Assembly (NCBI GenBank): GCA_905200775.1
Contig: CAJKLQ010000001.1
Location: forward strand, 1 to 51,087
Length of the DNA stretch: 51,087 bases
Source: Candidatus Avelusimicrobium alvi
GTDB taxonomy: Bacteria > Elusimicrobiota > Elusimicrobia > Elusimicrobiales > Elusimicrobiaceae
Reading direction: 5' to 3'
In this document: in pieces, positions 9,434 to 19,560 of the stretch
Numbering within the stretch: position 1 is the stretch's first letter
Layout: the number at the start of each line of letters is the position of its first letter
Position numbers and translations under genes: made by a program
The notes under the pieces: generated by a model
What the model saw: only the letters and a program-made list of their open reading frames with translations
Database searches by the model: none
Told to the model about the DNA's origin: nothing

Positions 9434-11539
9434 TTATTTGACGGCGGCCTTGGGCGCGGCGGGAGACTTAAAATCCGCCAGCGGAAAGTAATGGTTCAAA
9501 ATCGTTTTATAATCCTGCCCCGCGTCGGCGCGGCCGGCGGCGCCCGTCTGGCAGAAACCCACGCCGTGGCCCCAGCCGCCGCCGTAGAACACAAAGTATT
9601 TCAGTTCCCGGTTTTCGTAATTGGGCTCCACGATAAAATAACTGCTGCGCAGCATGCCCAGGCTTAAATTGTTGCGGATGACGTTTTCTTTATTAAGCGT
9701 AACACTTCCTTTGGTCCCTTTCACCAGCAGGCGGCTGACATAGCCGGAGCGTCCGCGCCTGAGAGGAATGAGGGCGGTGATTTTGCCGATGTCTTTTTTC
9801 TGGCGTTTGATGACCTGCCTTAAATCTTCTTCATCCACCACGCGCGTCCAGCGGTAGGCCGCCAGGCTGACGTGCTTGTCGTAGCGGCTGTAGGCGTCGT
9901 GCGGATATTGTAAAAGTTCTTTAAAGTGGTAGGGCTGCAAGCCGTTAAAATCAAAATCTTTGTAATCGGATACCGGGTTTAAATACGGCGTTTCCGTCCA
10001 GCCCGCTTCTTTCGCGCTTTGCGTTACGCCGCCGCAATTGGCCGAAAATACGCTTTCAATGGGTTTATTTTTGTATTCCAGGGTTTCGCCCATGGTGGAT
10101 TCCACCGCCGCGTTCCCGCGTTCGCTTTCCGAATTTACGCCGCCGTACACCTGGCAGTTTTGCGTGTCGCACACATCATAGCCGTAGGCTTTGTGCTTGC
10201 CCAGGTGTTTCAGGGCGTATGTGCGCGCCAGCACCGCCTGCGCGCGCAGGGCGTTCATCGGGAATTTGGTGGGCATTTCGGAGGCGATCACGCCTTGCAG
10301 GTATTCTTCTATATTAACGATATTGACGGGGATGAGCGTATTGCGCTTGGCGTCGTGCGTGATTTGCAGTTTGCCGCGGTATTCTTTATCATCCACGCTG
10401 GCCCAGGTCATCCCCGCGCCGCTCATAACGTTTTTAACAATAATGGTATGTCCTTCTCCTTCGGTTTGCGAGGAGGGGGTAACGATAACGGATTTGGTAA
10501 AAGCGATTTTTTTACCCGCCGGGCTGAGTAAATGCGCCCTGCCGTTTTGCAGGACGGCCACCCAGCTTTCTTTGGCTTTGCCCCGGGCCAGCACCGCGCC
10601 GGAATGCCCGTCGGTAATTTTAAAAGCGTGAGACGGAATAAAATGTACGGTTTCGCGCGCGGACGGGCGGCCGTTTTGGCGCATGCCGATGCCCACTTTT
10701 ATTTCGCGCGTTTTAACGTCCGCCGGCGGAACCAGCGGTTTTACAAACGTATGTTTGATAATTTCTTTGCCGCCCGTGATTTCTTTTTCCGGGCGCGAAA
10801 GGCGCGGGCGCAGGCGCTCCAGCGCCTGGTTGACTTCTTTACTGCTCTTGTCGGAGGAATAAATCATACGGTACTGGCGGTAGGCTTCGTTGTAATTGCC
10901 CAATTTTTCCAGTGCATGGGCGTAGTGCTTCTTGGCTTCAATAAACTGGTGGTCGTAAACGGTGGCTTTTTGAAATACGTCCGCGGCGTTTTTATAGTCT
11001 TTCTCTTCTTCGTACAAAAGCCCCAGCAGGTAGTTTGCCAGCGCCGGATGCGTGCCCGCGCGGGCGGCCATTTTTAAATTGTATTTAGCCAGCTTTTTTT
11101 CTTTCAGGCCCATCTGCGCGCGCGCCAGGTTGATGTGGAAAAATCCCGCGCGGTCCGGGTCTTCCGGCAGCAGGGAGAGGAACTTTTCCGCGCTTCTGTA
11201 CTGTCCGTCGGCCAGGTAGGCTTCGGCGGTCATTTCAATAATTTCGCGGTCCTGCGGGTAAATGCGGTAGGCCGCGGCGGCGATGTCCACCGCCTGCTTG
11301 GGGTTGTTCCGCTCCATCGCGATAAACGCCGCGTTTAAAAAAGCCTGGCGGTTTTTCGTATCTTTGGAGAGTTCAATATACGCTTCCAGCGCTTCTTCGG
11401 GTTTATAGGAAAAATACAGCTCGCCCGCTTCTTCCAGCCGCTGCTGTTCGGTTTTGGCGGGTGCGTCTTTGGCGTGCGCGCGGCATACGGGCGCGGCCAG
11501 CACAAGGCAACATAAAAAAGCGGATAGCAAACGTTTCAC
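9434..11539 (-). CDS. TPR + SpoIID/LytB-domain peptidoglycan lytic transglycosylase
   Basis: Signal peptide, N-terminal TPRs, IEEYLQGVIASEMP, ALRAQAVLARTYA, CDTQNCQVYGG, GWGHGVGFCQTGA; GTG start after GGGGAG. Confidence 0.9.
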   Translation of the reverse strand: MKRLLSAFLCCLVLAAPVCRAHAKDAPAKTEQQRLEEAGELYFSYKPEEALEAYIELSKDTKNRQAFLNAAFIAMERNNPKQAVDIAAAAYRIYPQDREIIEMTAEAYLADGQYRSAEKFLSLLPEDPDRAGFFHINLARAQMGLKEKKLAKYNLKMAARAGTHPALANYLLGLLYEEEKDYKNAADVFQKATVYDHQFIEAKKHYAHALEKLGNYNEAYRQYRMIYSSDKSSKEVNQALERLRPRLSRPEKEITGGKEIIKHTFVKPLVPPADVKTREIKVGIGMRQNGRPSARETVHFIPSHAFKITDGHSGAVLARGKAKESWVAVLQNGRAHLLSPAGKKIAFTKSVIVTPSSQTEGEGHTIIVKNVMSGAGMTWASVDDKEYRGKLQITHDAKRNTLIPVNIVNIEEYLQGVIASEMPTKFPMNALRAQAVLARTYALKHLGKHKAYGYDVCDTQNCQVYGGVNSESERGNAAVESTMGETLEYKNKPIESVFSANCGGVTQSAKEAGWTETPYLNPVSDYKDFDFNGLQPYHFKELLQYPHDAYSRYDKHVSLAAYRWTRVVDEEDLRQVIKRQKKDIGKITALIPLRRGRSGYVSRLLVKGTKGSVTLNKENVIRNNLSLGMLRSSYFIVEPNYENRELKYFVFYGGGWGHGVGFCQTGAAGRADAGQDYKTILNHYFPLADFKSPAAPKAAVK

Positions 11540-11621
11540 GCGGTCTCCCCGGACGGATTTAACTTTATTATATTATATCGTTTTCGGCGGCCCGGGCGGC
11601 GGTTTTTGTATAATATGCATA

Positions 11622-12518
11622 ATGAATACCGTACCCATGCCCCAGTGGCTTAAAGATTTGGTGGGCCGCAACAAAGCGGCCCTGCGTTCGTCCGCCGCTT
11701 TGCGCGCGCAGGATTCTATTGACCGGCACGCGCTTCACACCGTCTGCCACGCCGCCCGCTGCCCCAACCGGGGGGAATGTTTTAACTGCGGGGACGCCAC
11801 TTTTATGGTGCTGGGGGATATCTGCACGCGCGGCTGCCGCTTTTGCGCGGTAAGCAAAGCCCGCCCGCTTCCGCCCGATGACAACGAACCCGCCCGGGTG
11901 GCGCAGGCCGTAAAGGAATGGTCCATCCGCTACGCGGTGCTGACCATGCCCACGCGCGACGATTTGCCGGACGGCGGCGCGGCGCATTTTGCGCGCGTCA
12001 TCACCGCCGTTAAAACCTTAACGCCCGAGGTAAAGGTGGAGCCGCTGATTTCCGATTTGCGCGGGGACGAAACCGCTTTAAAAACCGTTTTGGAGGCCGT
12101 CCCGGACGTGCTGGCCCATAATGTGGAAACGGTGCCCGAATTATATTCCGCCGTGCGCGTGGGGGCCGATTACCGCCGCACGCTGGGACTGCTTGAGAAC
12201 TCCAAAAAACTTGCGCCGCATATTTTAACCAAAACGGGCTTTATGGTGGGGCTGGGAGAGACGGACGAACAGGTCAAACGCCTGATGAACGATTTGCGTT
12301 CGTGCGGAGTGGATTTGCTGACGATTGGGCAGTATCTCGCCCCGTCCGCCGCGCATTATCCCATGGCGCGCTACCCGGAGCCGCAGGAATACCGCGCGTG
12401 GGAAGAATATGCGCTTTCCGTCGGTTTTAAAGGCGTGGCCAGCGGCCCGCTGGTGCGCAGCAGCTACCGCGCAGGCGCGCTCTACCGCCGCGCCGCGCAA
12501 ACGGGTTTAGCCAAATAA
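11622..12518 (+). CDS. lipA: Lipoyl synthase
   Basis: CX4CX5C (CHAARCPNRGEC), CX3CX2C (CTRGCRFC), HNVETV, RSSY; start moved to ATG 11622. Confidence 0.97.
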   Translation: MNTVPMPQWLKDLVGRNKAALRSSAALRAQDSIDRHALHTVCHAARCPNRGECFNCGDATFMVLGDICTRGCRFCAVSKARPLPPDDNEPARVAQAVKEWSIRYAVLTMPTRDDLPDGGAAHFARVITAVKTLTPEVKVEPLISDLRGDETALKTVLEAVPDVLAHNVETVPELYSAVRVGADYRRTLGLLENSKKLAPHILTKTGFMVGLGETDEQVKRLMNDLRSCGVDLLTIGQYLAPSAAHYPMARYPEPQEYRAWEEYALSVGFKGVASGPLVRSSYRAGALYRRAAQTGLAK

Positions 12519-12542
12519 ATGTGATATTGGTATAATAAAATT

Positions 12543-12887
12543 ATGAAGAAAAACATCCTTTTCCTGGCCGCTTCGTGTTTATTTGCGGGAGCCTGCGCGG
12601 GCAATCCGCCCGCCTGGTGGAACCCCGGCAACGCCTATTCTTCCGAGGCTCCGGCCCGGCCTTCTTCCGGCGCCGTCTCGTCCGTCCGTCCGGCCGCGCC
12701 CGCCGCACAGGAAGAAGAGTTTGTCCCGCGCGAAGAAGCCATCACCCCTTTGCCGGACGAAAGCTACGAAGAAATGATTTTAACGCCTTTGCAGGATGAA
12801 GAAACGGAAAACGTTTCCGGCGAATCTTCCGCGCAGAGCGTGCCGTCGTCTTCCTCTGTGTTACCGCCTCCGAGCGTGCTGGAATAA
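12543..12887 (+). CDS. Small hypothetical lipoprotein, Pro/Ser/Glu-rich
   Basis: MKK + hydrophobic stretch + lipobox AGAC. Confidence 0.75.
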   Translation: MKKNILFLAASCLFAGACAGNPPAWWNPGNAYSSEAPARPSSGAVSSVRPAAPAAQEEEFVPREEAITPLPDESYEEMILTPLQDEETENVSGESSAQSVPSSSSVLPPPSVLE

Positions 12888-12915
12888 AGCCGTGCGCGTG
12901 CATCACATCAGATTT

Positions 12916-12942
12916 CCGGGCTCTTTTAGGGCCCGGTTTTTT
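12916..12942 (+). terminator. Intrinsic terminator
   Basis: CCGGGCTC-TTTTA-GGGCCCGG-TTTTTT. Confidence 0.7.
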
Positions 12943-12989
12943 ATGGGGGAAAAGCTTACCGCCGGCGGGGGAAAGCAATTTGGCGGGAC

Positions 12990-13026
12990 AAAAAAGAGCC
13001 CCCCGGTTATCTAAACCGAGGGGTTC
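12990..13026 (-). terminator. Intrinsic terminator closing the candidate ncRNA
   Basis: Minus strand GAACCCCTCGGTT-TAGAT-AACCGGGGGGCTC-TTTTTT. Confidence 0.85.
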
Positions 13027-13472
13027 ATCTGGACGTCTGCATTATTACTCCTCACTGCATTATTTACTGCTCAGGACAGGCCCACTGCAACAACTGCCGG
13101 GACTTATGCCGCTTACCGTTTCCACCCGGCCGAAGCAGTTACATCAACCGGAAAGAAACACACCGTTATTCACGACTCATACGACTCCGTTTCACCTTTG
13201 CCGCACTTCACCGCTTTACGACGTTGCGTCAGCGCCCTAACTTCCAGACGAAACAGCACTTAACGCCCTGCCTCATCCGCGGCCGGATACGTCCTGCAAT
13301 ACGCCTTTACCGGCTCCCGGACAGTTACGTTACCCAACCGTCCTGGCCTTGACGAGCGCGTACGCCAACTTCTCCCGGCACGACGCCTTTACAACAACAG
13401 CAACTTTACCTCGTGTTACCGCTTTGTCCGCTTACAGCAGCCCCCGGCGGGCCTGCGGGACGAACTTCCTGT
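12990..13472 (-). ncRNA. Candidate ~480-nt structured non-coding RNA with multiple GUAA motifs (family not recognised)
   Basis: Bounded by a consensus promoter and a terminator; no minus-strand ORF of 60 aa or more in the track; 5'/3' complementarity; 12 GTAA copies. Confidence 0.7.
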
Positions 13473-13478
13473 ATGGAT

Positions 13479-13506
13479 AGTATAGGCGGGTTTGGAAATT
13501 TGTCAA
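13479..13506 (-). promoter_or_regulatory. Near-consensus sigma70 promoter of the candidate ncRNA
   Basis: Minus strand TTGACA (13506-13501), 16-nt spacer, TATACT (13484-13479). Confidence 0.85.
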
Positions 13507-13664
13507 GGGGTGAAATATTTTGTGGAACCCGGCGCAGGCCGTGCAGATAAAGAACCGCTCCCGGAAAACTTTTGCGTCCCCGAATGTTTCTCTCCCAAGT
13601 ATCTAAAAGTACCGTATATTGCCAGGCCCTGGTTGAGGCCAGAGCCCCAAGGCCCGGAGGGGCC

Positions 13665-13692
13665 TTGACGCGTTTTTTTTTTTTGATAAATT
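13665..13692 (+). promoter_or_regulatory. Pilin promoter with poly(T)12 in the spacer
   Basis: TTGACG (13665-70), CG-T12-GA, TAAATT (13687-92, extended -10 TGn). Confidence 0.6.
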
Positions 13693-13729
13693 GGGGATAT
13701 CAACTTATATAAATAGGGGGATATATCCC

Positions 13730-14215
13730 ATGAATAAAAGCCTCGGATTCACGTTAATAGAGCTGTTGGTAGTGGTTTTAATTATCGGTATATTGTCGGC
13801 GGTTGCGCTGCCGCAGTATGAAAAAGCGGTGGAAAAGAGCCGCGCGGCGGAAGCGCTCAGCCTGCTCAAAAGCATTCAAAATGCTGCTGCCGTGTGCGAA
13901 TTGGAAAAAGGAGAAAGCGATACCTGCACATTGGAAGACTTATCTATTGGATTGAATAATTTGGAATGTGAGGATTTAGAATGCAACGGAAAATATTACA
14001 CTTATAATTTTGACGAAGGAATCCGTAATCCGTATGTATGTCCTATCCGGGAAGGATGCAGTTCGTATGTTATTCAGCTGGTCGGCCCCAGTTATGGCGG
14101 GACGCAAGCTAAGCGTATTTGTTCAGGGCGGGATAAAAAGGGGCTGGCGTTGTGTGCTTCGTTGGGAGGAACAAAGCTGAGTTCCGGTTCTTCAGAAACA
14201 GTGTGGGAATTTTAA
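13730..14215 (+). CDS. Type IV pilin-like (PilE-like) protein, Cys-rich variable domain
   Basis: Prepilin cleavage motif G|FTLIELLVVVLIIGILSAVALPQY; SD AGGGGG before ATG 13730. Confidence 0.93.
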   Translation: MNKSLGFTLIELLVVVLIIGILSAVALPQYEKAVEKSRAAEALSLLKSIQNAAAVCELEKGESDTCTLEDLSIGLNNLECEDLECNGKYYTYNFDEGIRNPYVCPIREGCSSYVIQLVGPSYGGTQAKRICSGRDKKGLALCASLGGTKLSSGSSETVWEF

Positions 14216-14216
14216 T

Positions 14217-14253
14217 AAACAAACCCGGCTGCTGATAAGCCGGGTTTGTTTTT
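14217..14253. terminator. Bidirectional terminator (pilin / glyS)
   Basis: AAACAAACCCGGCT...AGCCGGGTTTGTTTTT. Confidence 0.8.
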
Positions 14254-14267
14254 GCGTACGGATAAAC

Positions 14268-16346
14268 TTACAGGTTGGTAATGTCGGCCACCGTTTGGGT
14301 CAGGTAGCGGCGTACGCGGGCCAGAAGCGCCAGGCGGTTTTGCCGCACGGCGGGGTCGTCCGCGTTTACCATTACGTCTTTAAAGAAGTTTTCAAGCGGT
14401 TCCTTAAACGCGCCGTACGTTTTTAATACGCGCAGGTATTCTTCTTTGGTTTTGGCGGTATTTACCGCACAGCCTAAAGAGGAGTCCACTTCGTGGATTT
14501 TATCGTACAACGCTTTTTCGGCCGGGAGTTCAAACAGTTTTTCATCTACGTTTTCACTCACGTCTCCGGCTTTTTTAAGGATGTTGCTTACGCGTTTGGC
14601 GGCTTCTAAAACGGAGGCGAATTCTTCGCCCGTTTTAACGGCTTCCAGCGCGCTTACCAGCGCTTCTACCTGCCCAAGCGGCAGTTCATACCAGTTGGAT
14701 ACGGCGTTTAGCGTGGCGGCGTTATGCCCGCGCTGTTCCAGCACGAGCGCAAGCCGCTGGAATAAAAAGCCCGGCAGTTCTTTCAGCCCTTTGTCCGCCG
14801 TTTGCGCGGGATACAGAGAAGCCGATTTTTCCGCCAGTTCTTTAAGCGACGCGTTCATCCCTTTTTCCAGCAGAATGCGCACCACGGCAAAAGCCTGGCG
14901 GCGCAGGGCGAAGGGGTCTTCGCTCCCGGTCGGGATTTGGCCGATTAGAAAATTTCCGACGAGCGTGTCCATCTTGCCGGCCAGCGAAACGATGCACCCT
15001 TCTTCGGTGGACGGCAGGGCGGAAGCGGACGTGAGGGGGAAGTAAAATTCTTCCATCGCTTTGGCGGCGTCCTTACGGCCTTCCAGCGCGGCGTATTGGC
15101 CGCCCATATAGCCCTGGAGTTCCGGGAACTCGTACACGACGTGGCTCGCCAAATCGGCATACGCGTGCGAAGCCGCGTAATCCACCGCGGGCTTTAAAGC
15201 GGTTTGGCCCAGTTTGTCGCACAGCCAGCTGGCCAGCTTTTGCGTCCGTTCGGACTTGTCAAACATAGAGCCCAGTCCTTCCAAAAACAAAATGTTTTTG
15301 AGTTTTTCTTTGAATTTTTCCAGGCCTTCTTTTTTGTCGTTTTCAAAGAAGAACACGGCGTCTGAAAGGCGGGCGGACATTACTTTTTTAAATCCGTCGC
15401 GCACTTCGTTCTGGTTGACGGAAATCCCGTCGCGCACCGCGATAAAATACGGCTGCAGCCGGCCTTGTTCGTCGGTAACCGGGAACATTTTGATTTGTTT
15501 TTTAAGCACCGTGGTGATGAGGTCTTTGGGGAGCGTTAAAAACTTCAGTTCAAAATCGCCGCCCACGGCCACGGGGTGCTCGGTAAACCAGACGGTTTCT
15601 TCCACCAGTTCCGGGTCCAGGTCCGCGCGGTAGCCGCGTATTTTCGCTTCGTTGGAGACGGTTTTTACCAGCGCTTCTTTGCGCTCTTCCGGGCTGGCCA
15701 GCACGGGCTGCGGCTGGGAGCGCAGGAGTTCGGTGTAATAGGCTTTGTCGGCCTTTTCCACTTTAATCGGCTTGCGGCCGAAGGAAGAGAGCGGATAGGT
15801 ATTGCGGCCCGATTCCACGCCCGCCACGGAGAATTTGATAATTTTCCCGCCGTACAGGCCGATTAAGGAACGTATCGGGCGGCCGTAGCGCAGGCCGGAT
15901 TCTTCCCACACCATATTTTTGGCAAATTCCAGGCCGGTTACGATGCGGGTGAAAATTTCGGGCAGCAGTTTGGCGGTTTTTTCGCCTTTGATTTTAACGA
16001 CGGCGTAAATGAAAGGCCCTTTGTCCGTTTCCACCACGGTCAGCTTTTCGGGCGTGATGCCGTTTTTCTGCGCGAAACCCGCGCTTTGGGGGGTAAAGTT
16101 GCCGGCGGCGTCTTTTAACAGCTTGGCGGGCGGCCCTTTCACTTCTTTTTGCACGTCGGCCGATTTGTCGGCGATGTCTTCCACCACCACCACCAGGCGG
16201 CGGTAGGTGCCGAAAGCGTGTACGGCCTGATAAGTGATTCTTTTTTCGTCCAACAGCCGGGCGGTTAAGGTTTCAAGCTGCTTTAAGGCGGGCGCCATAA
16301 AGCGCGCGGGCAAATGCTCCACGCCGATTTCTAATAAAGCGTTCAT
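14268..16346 (-). CDS. glyS: Glycine--tRNA ligase beta subunit
   Basis: [54 protein letters not shown]. Confidence 0.97.
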   Translation of the reverse strand: MNALLEIGVEHLPARFMAPALKQLETLTARLLDEKRITYQAVHAFGTYRRLVVVVEDIADKSADVQKEVKGPPAKLLKDAAGNFTPQSAGFAQKNGITPEKLTVVETDKGPFIYAVVKIKGEKTAKLLPEIFTRIVTGLEFAKNMVWEESGLRYGRPIRSLIGLYGGKIIKFSVAGVESGRNTYPLSSFGRKPIKVEKADKAYYTELLRSQPQPVLASPEERKEALVKTVSNEAKIRGYRADLDPELVEETVWFTEHPVAVGGDFELKFLTLPKDLITTVLKKQIKMFPVTDEQGRLQPYFIAVRDGISVNQNEVRDGFKKVMSARLSDAVFFFENDKKEGLEKFKEKLKNILFLEGLGSMFDKSERTQKLASWLCDKLGQTALKPAVDYAASHAYADLASHVVYEFPELQGYMGGQYAALEGRKDAAKAMEEFYFPLTSASALPSTEEGCIVSLAGKMDTLVGNFLIGQIPTGSEDPFALRRQAFAVVRILLEKGMNASLKELAEKSASLYPAQTADKGLKELPGFLFQRLALVLEQRGHNAATLNAVSNWYELPLGQVEALVSALEAVKTGEEFASVLEAAKRVSNILKKAGDVSENVDEKLFELPAEKALYDKIHEVDSSLGCAVNTAKTKEEYLRVLKTYGAFKEPLENFFKDVMVNADDPAVRQNRLALLARVRRYLTQTVADITNL

Positions 16347-17230
16347 TGGGCGGCCTCCTCGGTTGCGGCTTCTTGTTTTTCCACGCTTTGCACATAGGCT
16401 TTGGCGCAGGCTTTGGCCAGGTTGCGGATTTTGGTGATGTTGTTGGTGCGGTCCGACACCGAAATCGCGCCGCGCGCTTCCAGCATATTAAAATAGTGCG
16501 AAAGTTTCATCGCGTCGTCGTACGCCGGCAGGTACAGGCCTTTTTTGCACAGCGCCAGGCATTCTTCTTCGCATTCCTGGATGTAGCGGCGCAGATGGTC
16601 CACGTTGGATTCTTCAAAATAATAATGCGAAAACTGGCGTTCGCCTTCGTGATGTACGTCGCGGTAGGTTACCGTGTCGTTCCAGCGCAGGTCAAACACG
16701 TTGTCCACTTTCTGGCAGTACATGGCAATGCGTTCCAGCCCGTAGGTGATTTCCACCGTAATCGGGTTTAACGCGTATCCCGCCATATTCTGGAAGTAGG
16801 TGAACTGGGTGATTTCCATTCCGTCCAGCCAAATTTCCCAGCCGACGCCGGACGCACCCAAAGTCGGGGACTGCCAGTCGTCCTCAATCCAGCGCACGTC
16901 GTGCTGTTTGGGATCAAGGCCGATGGCTTTTAAAGAATTTAAGTAAATTTCCTGAATGTTGGCCGGGGCGGGCTTCATAATAACCTGATACTGGTAGTAT
17001 TTGCCCAGGCGGTTGGGGTTTTCGCCGTAGCGGCCGTCCGCCGGGCGGCGGCAGGGTTCCACGTAGGCGCGGTTGACGGGCTTTTTGGTTAAGGAGCCGA
17101 AAAAGGTTTCGGGATTATAGGTGCCGGCGCCTTTTTCAACGTCGTAGGGCTGAACGAGGATGCAGCCTTGTTTAGTCCAATAGGTGTTTAGAGCGGATAT
17201 CATATCCTGAAAATTCATACCGTATTTCAT
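16343..17230 (-). CDS. glyQ: Glycine--tRNA ligase alpha subunit (start 17230 or 17218)
   Basis: [45 protein letters not shown]. Confidence 0.97.
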   Translation of the reverse strand: MKYGMNFQDMISALNTYWTKQGCILVQPYDVEKGAGTYNPETFFGSLTKKPVNRAYVEPCRRPADGRYGENPNRLGKYYQYQVIMKPAPANIQEIYLNSLKAIGLDPKQHDVRWIEDDWQSPTLGASGVGWEIWLDGMEITQFTYFQNMAGYALNPITVEITYGLERIAMYCQKVDNVFDLRWNDTVTYRDVHHEGERQFSHYYFEESNVDHLRRYIQECEEECLALCKKGLYLPAYDDAMKLSHYFNMLEARGAISVSDRTNNITKIRNLAKACAKAYVQSVEKQEAATEEAAQ

Positions 17231-17306
17231 AGGTAATAACATTATATAAAATACGGAGAGGGCGCGCAGGGAAACGCCGGCGCAAAAACTGCTATAATGA
17301 GGCTAT

Positions 17307-17966
17307 ATGATTACGACCGTTATTTTTGATATGGACGGCCTGTTGTTTAACACCGAACCCATTTACTTTGAATGTTACAAGAAGGCCGCGGCCGAGGACG
17401 GATTGGATTTTACGTTTGAGCTGTTTGAATCCTGCGTAGGCATGAGCCGGGAAGACGCCTCCCATTTTATCACCCACCATTTCGGGCGCGACACGGACGT
17501 GCAGAAAATGCACGACCGCACCTATACGCTTTTTGAAGAATACCTGGCCGCCGACGGGGAGGTTCACTTCCGCCCCGGCGCGAAAAAGGCGGTGGAGTTT
17601 TTCTATAACCGGGGGCTAAAAGTGGCGCTGGCCTCTTCTAACATTACGCGCTGGGTAATGTTTTTGCTGGAGAAAAAGGGTATTAAAAAGTATTTTTCTT
17701 CCGTTACCACTTCCGACGATGTTTCCACCCCCAAGCCGGACCCGGAGGTCTATTTAAAAACGGCGCAAAAATTAGGGTCGGACGTGTCCCAATGCCTGGT
17801 GTTTGAAGATTCCGTGGCCGGGGCGACGGCGGCTATTGCCGCGCAAATGCGCACCTGCGTGGTGCCGCAAATCAAAAAGCCCACCCAGTTCATCCGCGAA
17901 AATGCGTTTAAAATCTATCACTCGCTGGAAGACATTTACCCGGATATGGACGAACTGCTGTCGTAA
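17307..17966 (+). CDS. HAD-family phosphatase (beta-PGM-like)
   Basis: FDMDGLL, KPDPEVY, FEDS motifs. Confidence 0.93.
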   Translation: MITTVIFDMDGLLFNTEPIYFECYKKAAAEDGLDFTFELFESCVGMSREDASHFITHHFGRDTDVQKMHDRTYTLFEEYLAADGEVHFRPGAKKAVEFFYNRGLKVALASSNITRWVMFLLEKKGIKKYFSSVTTSDDVSTPKPDPEVYLKTAQKLGSDVSQCLVFEDSVAGATAAIAAQMRTCVVPQIKKPTQFIRENAFKIYHSLEDIYPDMDELLS

Positions 17967-17981
17967 ACCTTTGTCGGTATG

Positions 17982-18020
17982 AAAAAGAACCCCGGCTTGT
18001 TATAGGCCGGGGTTCTTTTT
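17982..18020. terminator. Bidirectional terminator
   Basis: AAAAAGAACCCCGGCTT...AGGCCGGGGTTCTTTTT. Confidence 0.85.
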
Positions 18021-18036
18021 GGTATAGAACGGCAGG

Positions 18037-18660
18037 TCAGCGGACGGATAAAGGCGTCCACGCGGTTTGTAAAATATCCAGGGTGTCAATATCTATCGGG
18101 TCGTTGTAGTTAAACGTCAGCATTTTATCCTGCGGATTAACGACAAACCACAAGGCGGAAGAGCGATTTTCCAGCCGCAGCAGAACGGCTTTTTTGTACT
18201 GGCGCGCTTCGGCCGGGGCCGCTTGTCCGGCAAAAAAGCGTTTGGCATAGGCCAGGTCTTCGGGCGTGAGGTTGCAGAAATCAACGGGTACCAGGGCCGT
18301 CAGGGCGTAATGGGAAAACAAGGGGTTTTTGGCGGCGGCTTGTTGCAGGGCCTGGTAATTGGCCCGGCATTGACGGATAAAACGTTCCGTCACGCGTTTG
18401 TCTTTACGCAGGCGGGCGTAAAAATTTTCCAGTTTTTTGGCTTCCTGGGCGTGTAAGGCGATGCGGCGCACGCTGGCGCCTACGTCGTCGCCCAATACGG
18501 ATGCGGCGCCCCGGTTGTTTACGCGGGTATTTTCTTTTTTAACGGCGGCCTGCCAGGAAACGGGTTCTTTTTTCGGGGCCGGTTTTGCTTGTACGGCGCA
18601 AAGGGGCGCGGCCAGAAGCGCCAGCGTCAAAAACGCGCCCATATATTTCGTGTAATTCAT
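18037..18660 (-). CDS. Secreted hypothetical protein
   Basis: SD GGAGG, signal peptide ending AVQA. Confidence 0.75.
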   Translation of the reverse strand: MNYTKYMGAFLTLALLAAPLCAVQAKPAPKKEPVSWQAAVKKENTRVNNRGAASVLGDDVGASVRRIALHAQEAKKLENFYARLRKDKRVTERFIRQCRANYQALQQAAAKNPLFSHYALTALVPVDFCNLTPEDLAYAKRFFAGQAAPAEARQYKKAVLLRLENRSSALWFVVNPQDKMLTFNYNDPIDIDTLDILQTAWTPLSVR

Positions 18661-18686
18661 ATTTCCTCCAAAAAGTTGATAGTTTA

Positions 18687-18753
18687 ATTATGGCAGAATA
18701 CGGGCCGGGGAACAAGGGCCGTTGGACCTATTTTAAGCGGGCCAAAGGGCCCA
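18687..18753 (-). promoter_or_regulatory. Promoter with tandem TRGGYC-N4-GRCCC boxes
   Basis: Boxes at 18715-18730 and 18738-18753; -10 CATAAT at 18692-18687. Confidence 0.6.
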
Positions 18754-18776
18754 TAAAAGATTTTTATCGGGGTAAT

Positions 18777-19493
18777 TTAGTGTGCGGGCGCCGGTTCCAG
18801 CGCCGCGTCTTCCAGCGGGGCTTCTTCGTCCGCCGTCCAGGCGGAGGCGGGGTCGGTTTCGTCCAGCCCGAAACTTTTTAGCGTGTTGAGCGGATAGGTT
18901 AAATACTGGTTTAAAAAGCGGCGGCAGACGCTGTTGCATTTGGAGAGGGAAAGCAGGTCCTCCGGGTCCGAAAAGTCCAGCGAGGAAAGTTCGTCCTCGT
19001 GCATACGCCGCCAGAACTCCGGCGAAATTTTAAGCACCGGGCGGTCCAGCCCAAAGCCGGCCAGCATCATCAGCCTAAGCGTAAACGCCGCCGAAAAAGC
19101 GGGGTTGGGCTCGCCGAATTCCAGTTCGGTCAGCGCGGAAAGGAGCAGTTCAAATTTCTCTTCGCTCGGCTGGTGGAGGGGGGTCAGCCTCTGCACCAGT
19201 TCGCAGAAGTGCAGGGCCAGCGCGGTGTGTTTTAAATTCCGCCGGACCGCCGGAAAAATGGAATTTAATTTGCCGCCCGTAATGGTGCCCACCGTTCCGC
19301 CGCGGCGCACGTAAATGCGGTAGTCCGCATAGGCGAAGGGCTCGCTTAACGCTTTTAATTTGCCCGCCGGGCGCGCTACGCCGGGCAGACGCACGTTGAT
19401 GCGGCCGTGTTCCCGGGTGTACAGGGACACGATGCGGTCTGCCTCGCGGAATTCCTGGCGCAGTAAAATAATGCCCGAATCGGAAAATATCAT
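18777..19493 (-). CDS. recO: DNA repair protein RecO
   Basis: GIILLRQEFREADRIVSLYTREHGRI N-terminal OB fold; FTLRLMMLAGFGL; start moved to 19493. Confidence 0.9.
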   Translation of the reverse strand: MIFSDSGIILLRQEFREADRIVSLYTREHGRINVRLPGVARPAGKLKALSEPFAYADYRIYVRRGGTVGTITGGKLNSIFPAVRRNLKHTALALHFCELVQRLTPLHQPSEEKFELLLSALTELEFGEPNPAFSAAFTLRLMMLAGFGLDRPVLKISPEFWRRMHEDELSSLDFSDPEDLLSLSKCNSVCRRFLNQYLTYPLNTLKSFGLDETDPASAWTADEEAPLEDAALEPAPAH

Positions 19494-19560
19494 AATACCC
19501 AAAAAGGATAGCAAATTTAGGCGCCGATGGGCAGACCCAGACGGAAGACCCATTCCTCCG

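Noticed and set aside
13025..13188. SD-led mini-ORFs MSRE* and MQTSR* inside the candidate RNA
   Set aside because: Only 4-5 codons long; not supportable as genes without ribosome profiling
12980..13240. 86-aa plus-strand ORF
   Set aside because: TTG start without SD; antisense to the promoter/terminator-defined unit
12990..13472. RNase P RNA, tmRNA or a group I/II intron
   Set aside because: No GAGGAAAGUCC or terminal RNase P consensus, no tRNA-like ends or tag frame, and no intron boundary motifs seen
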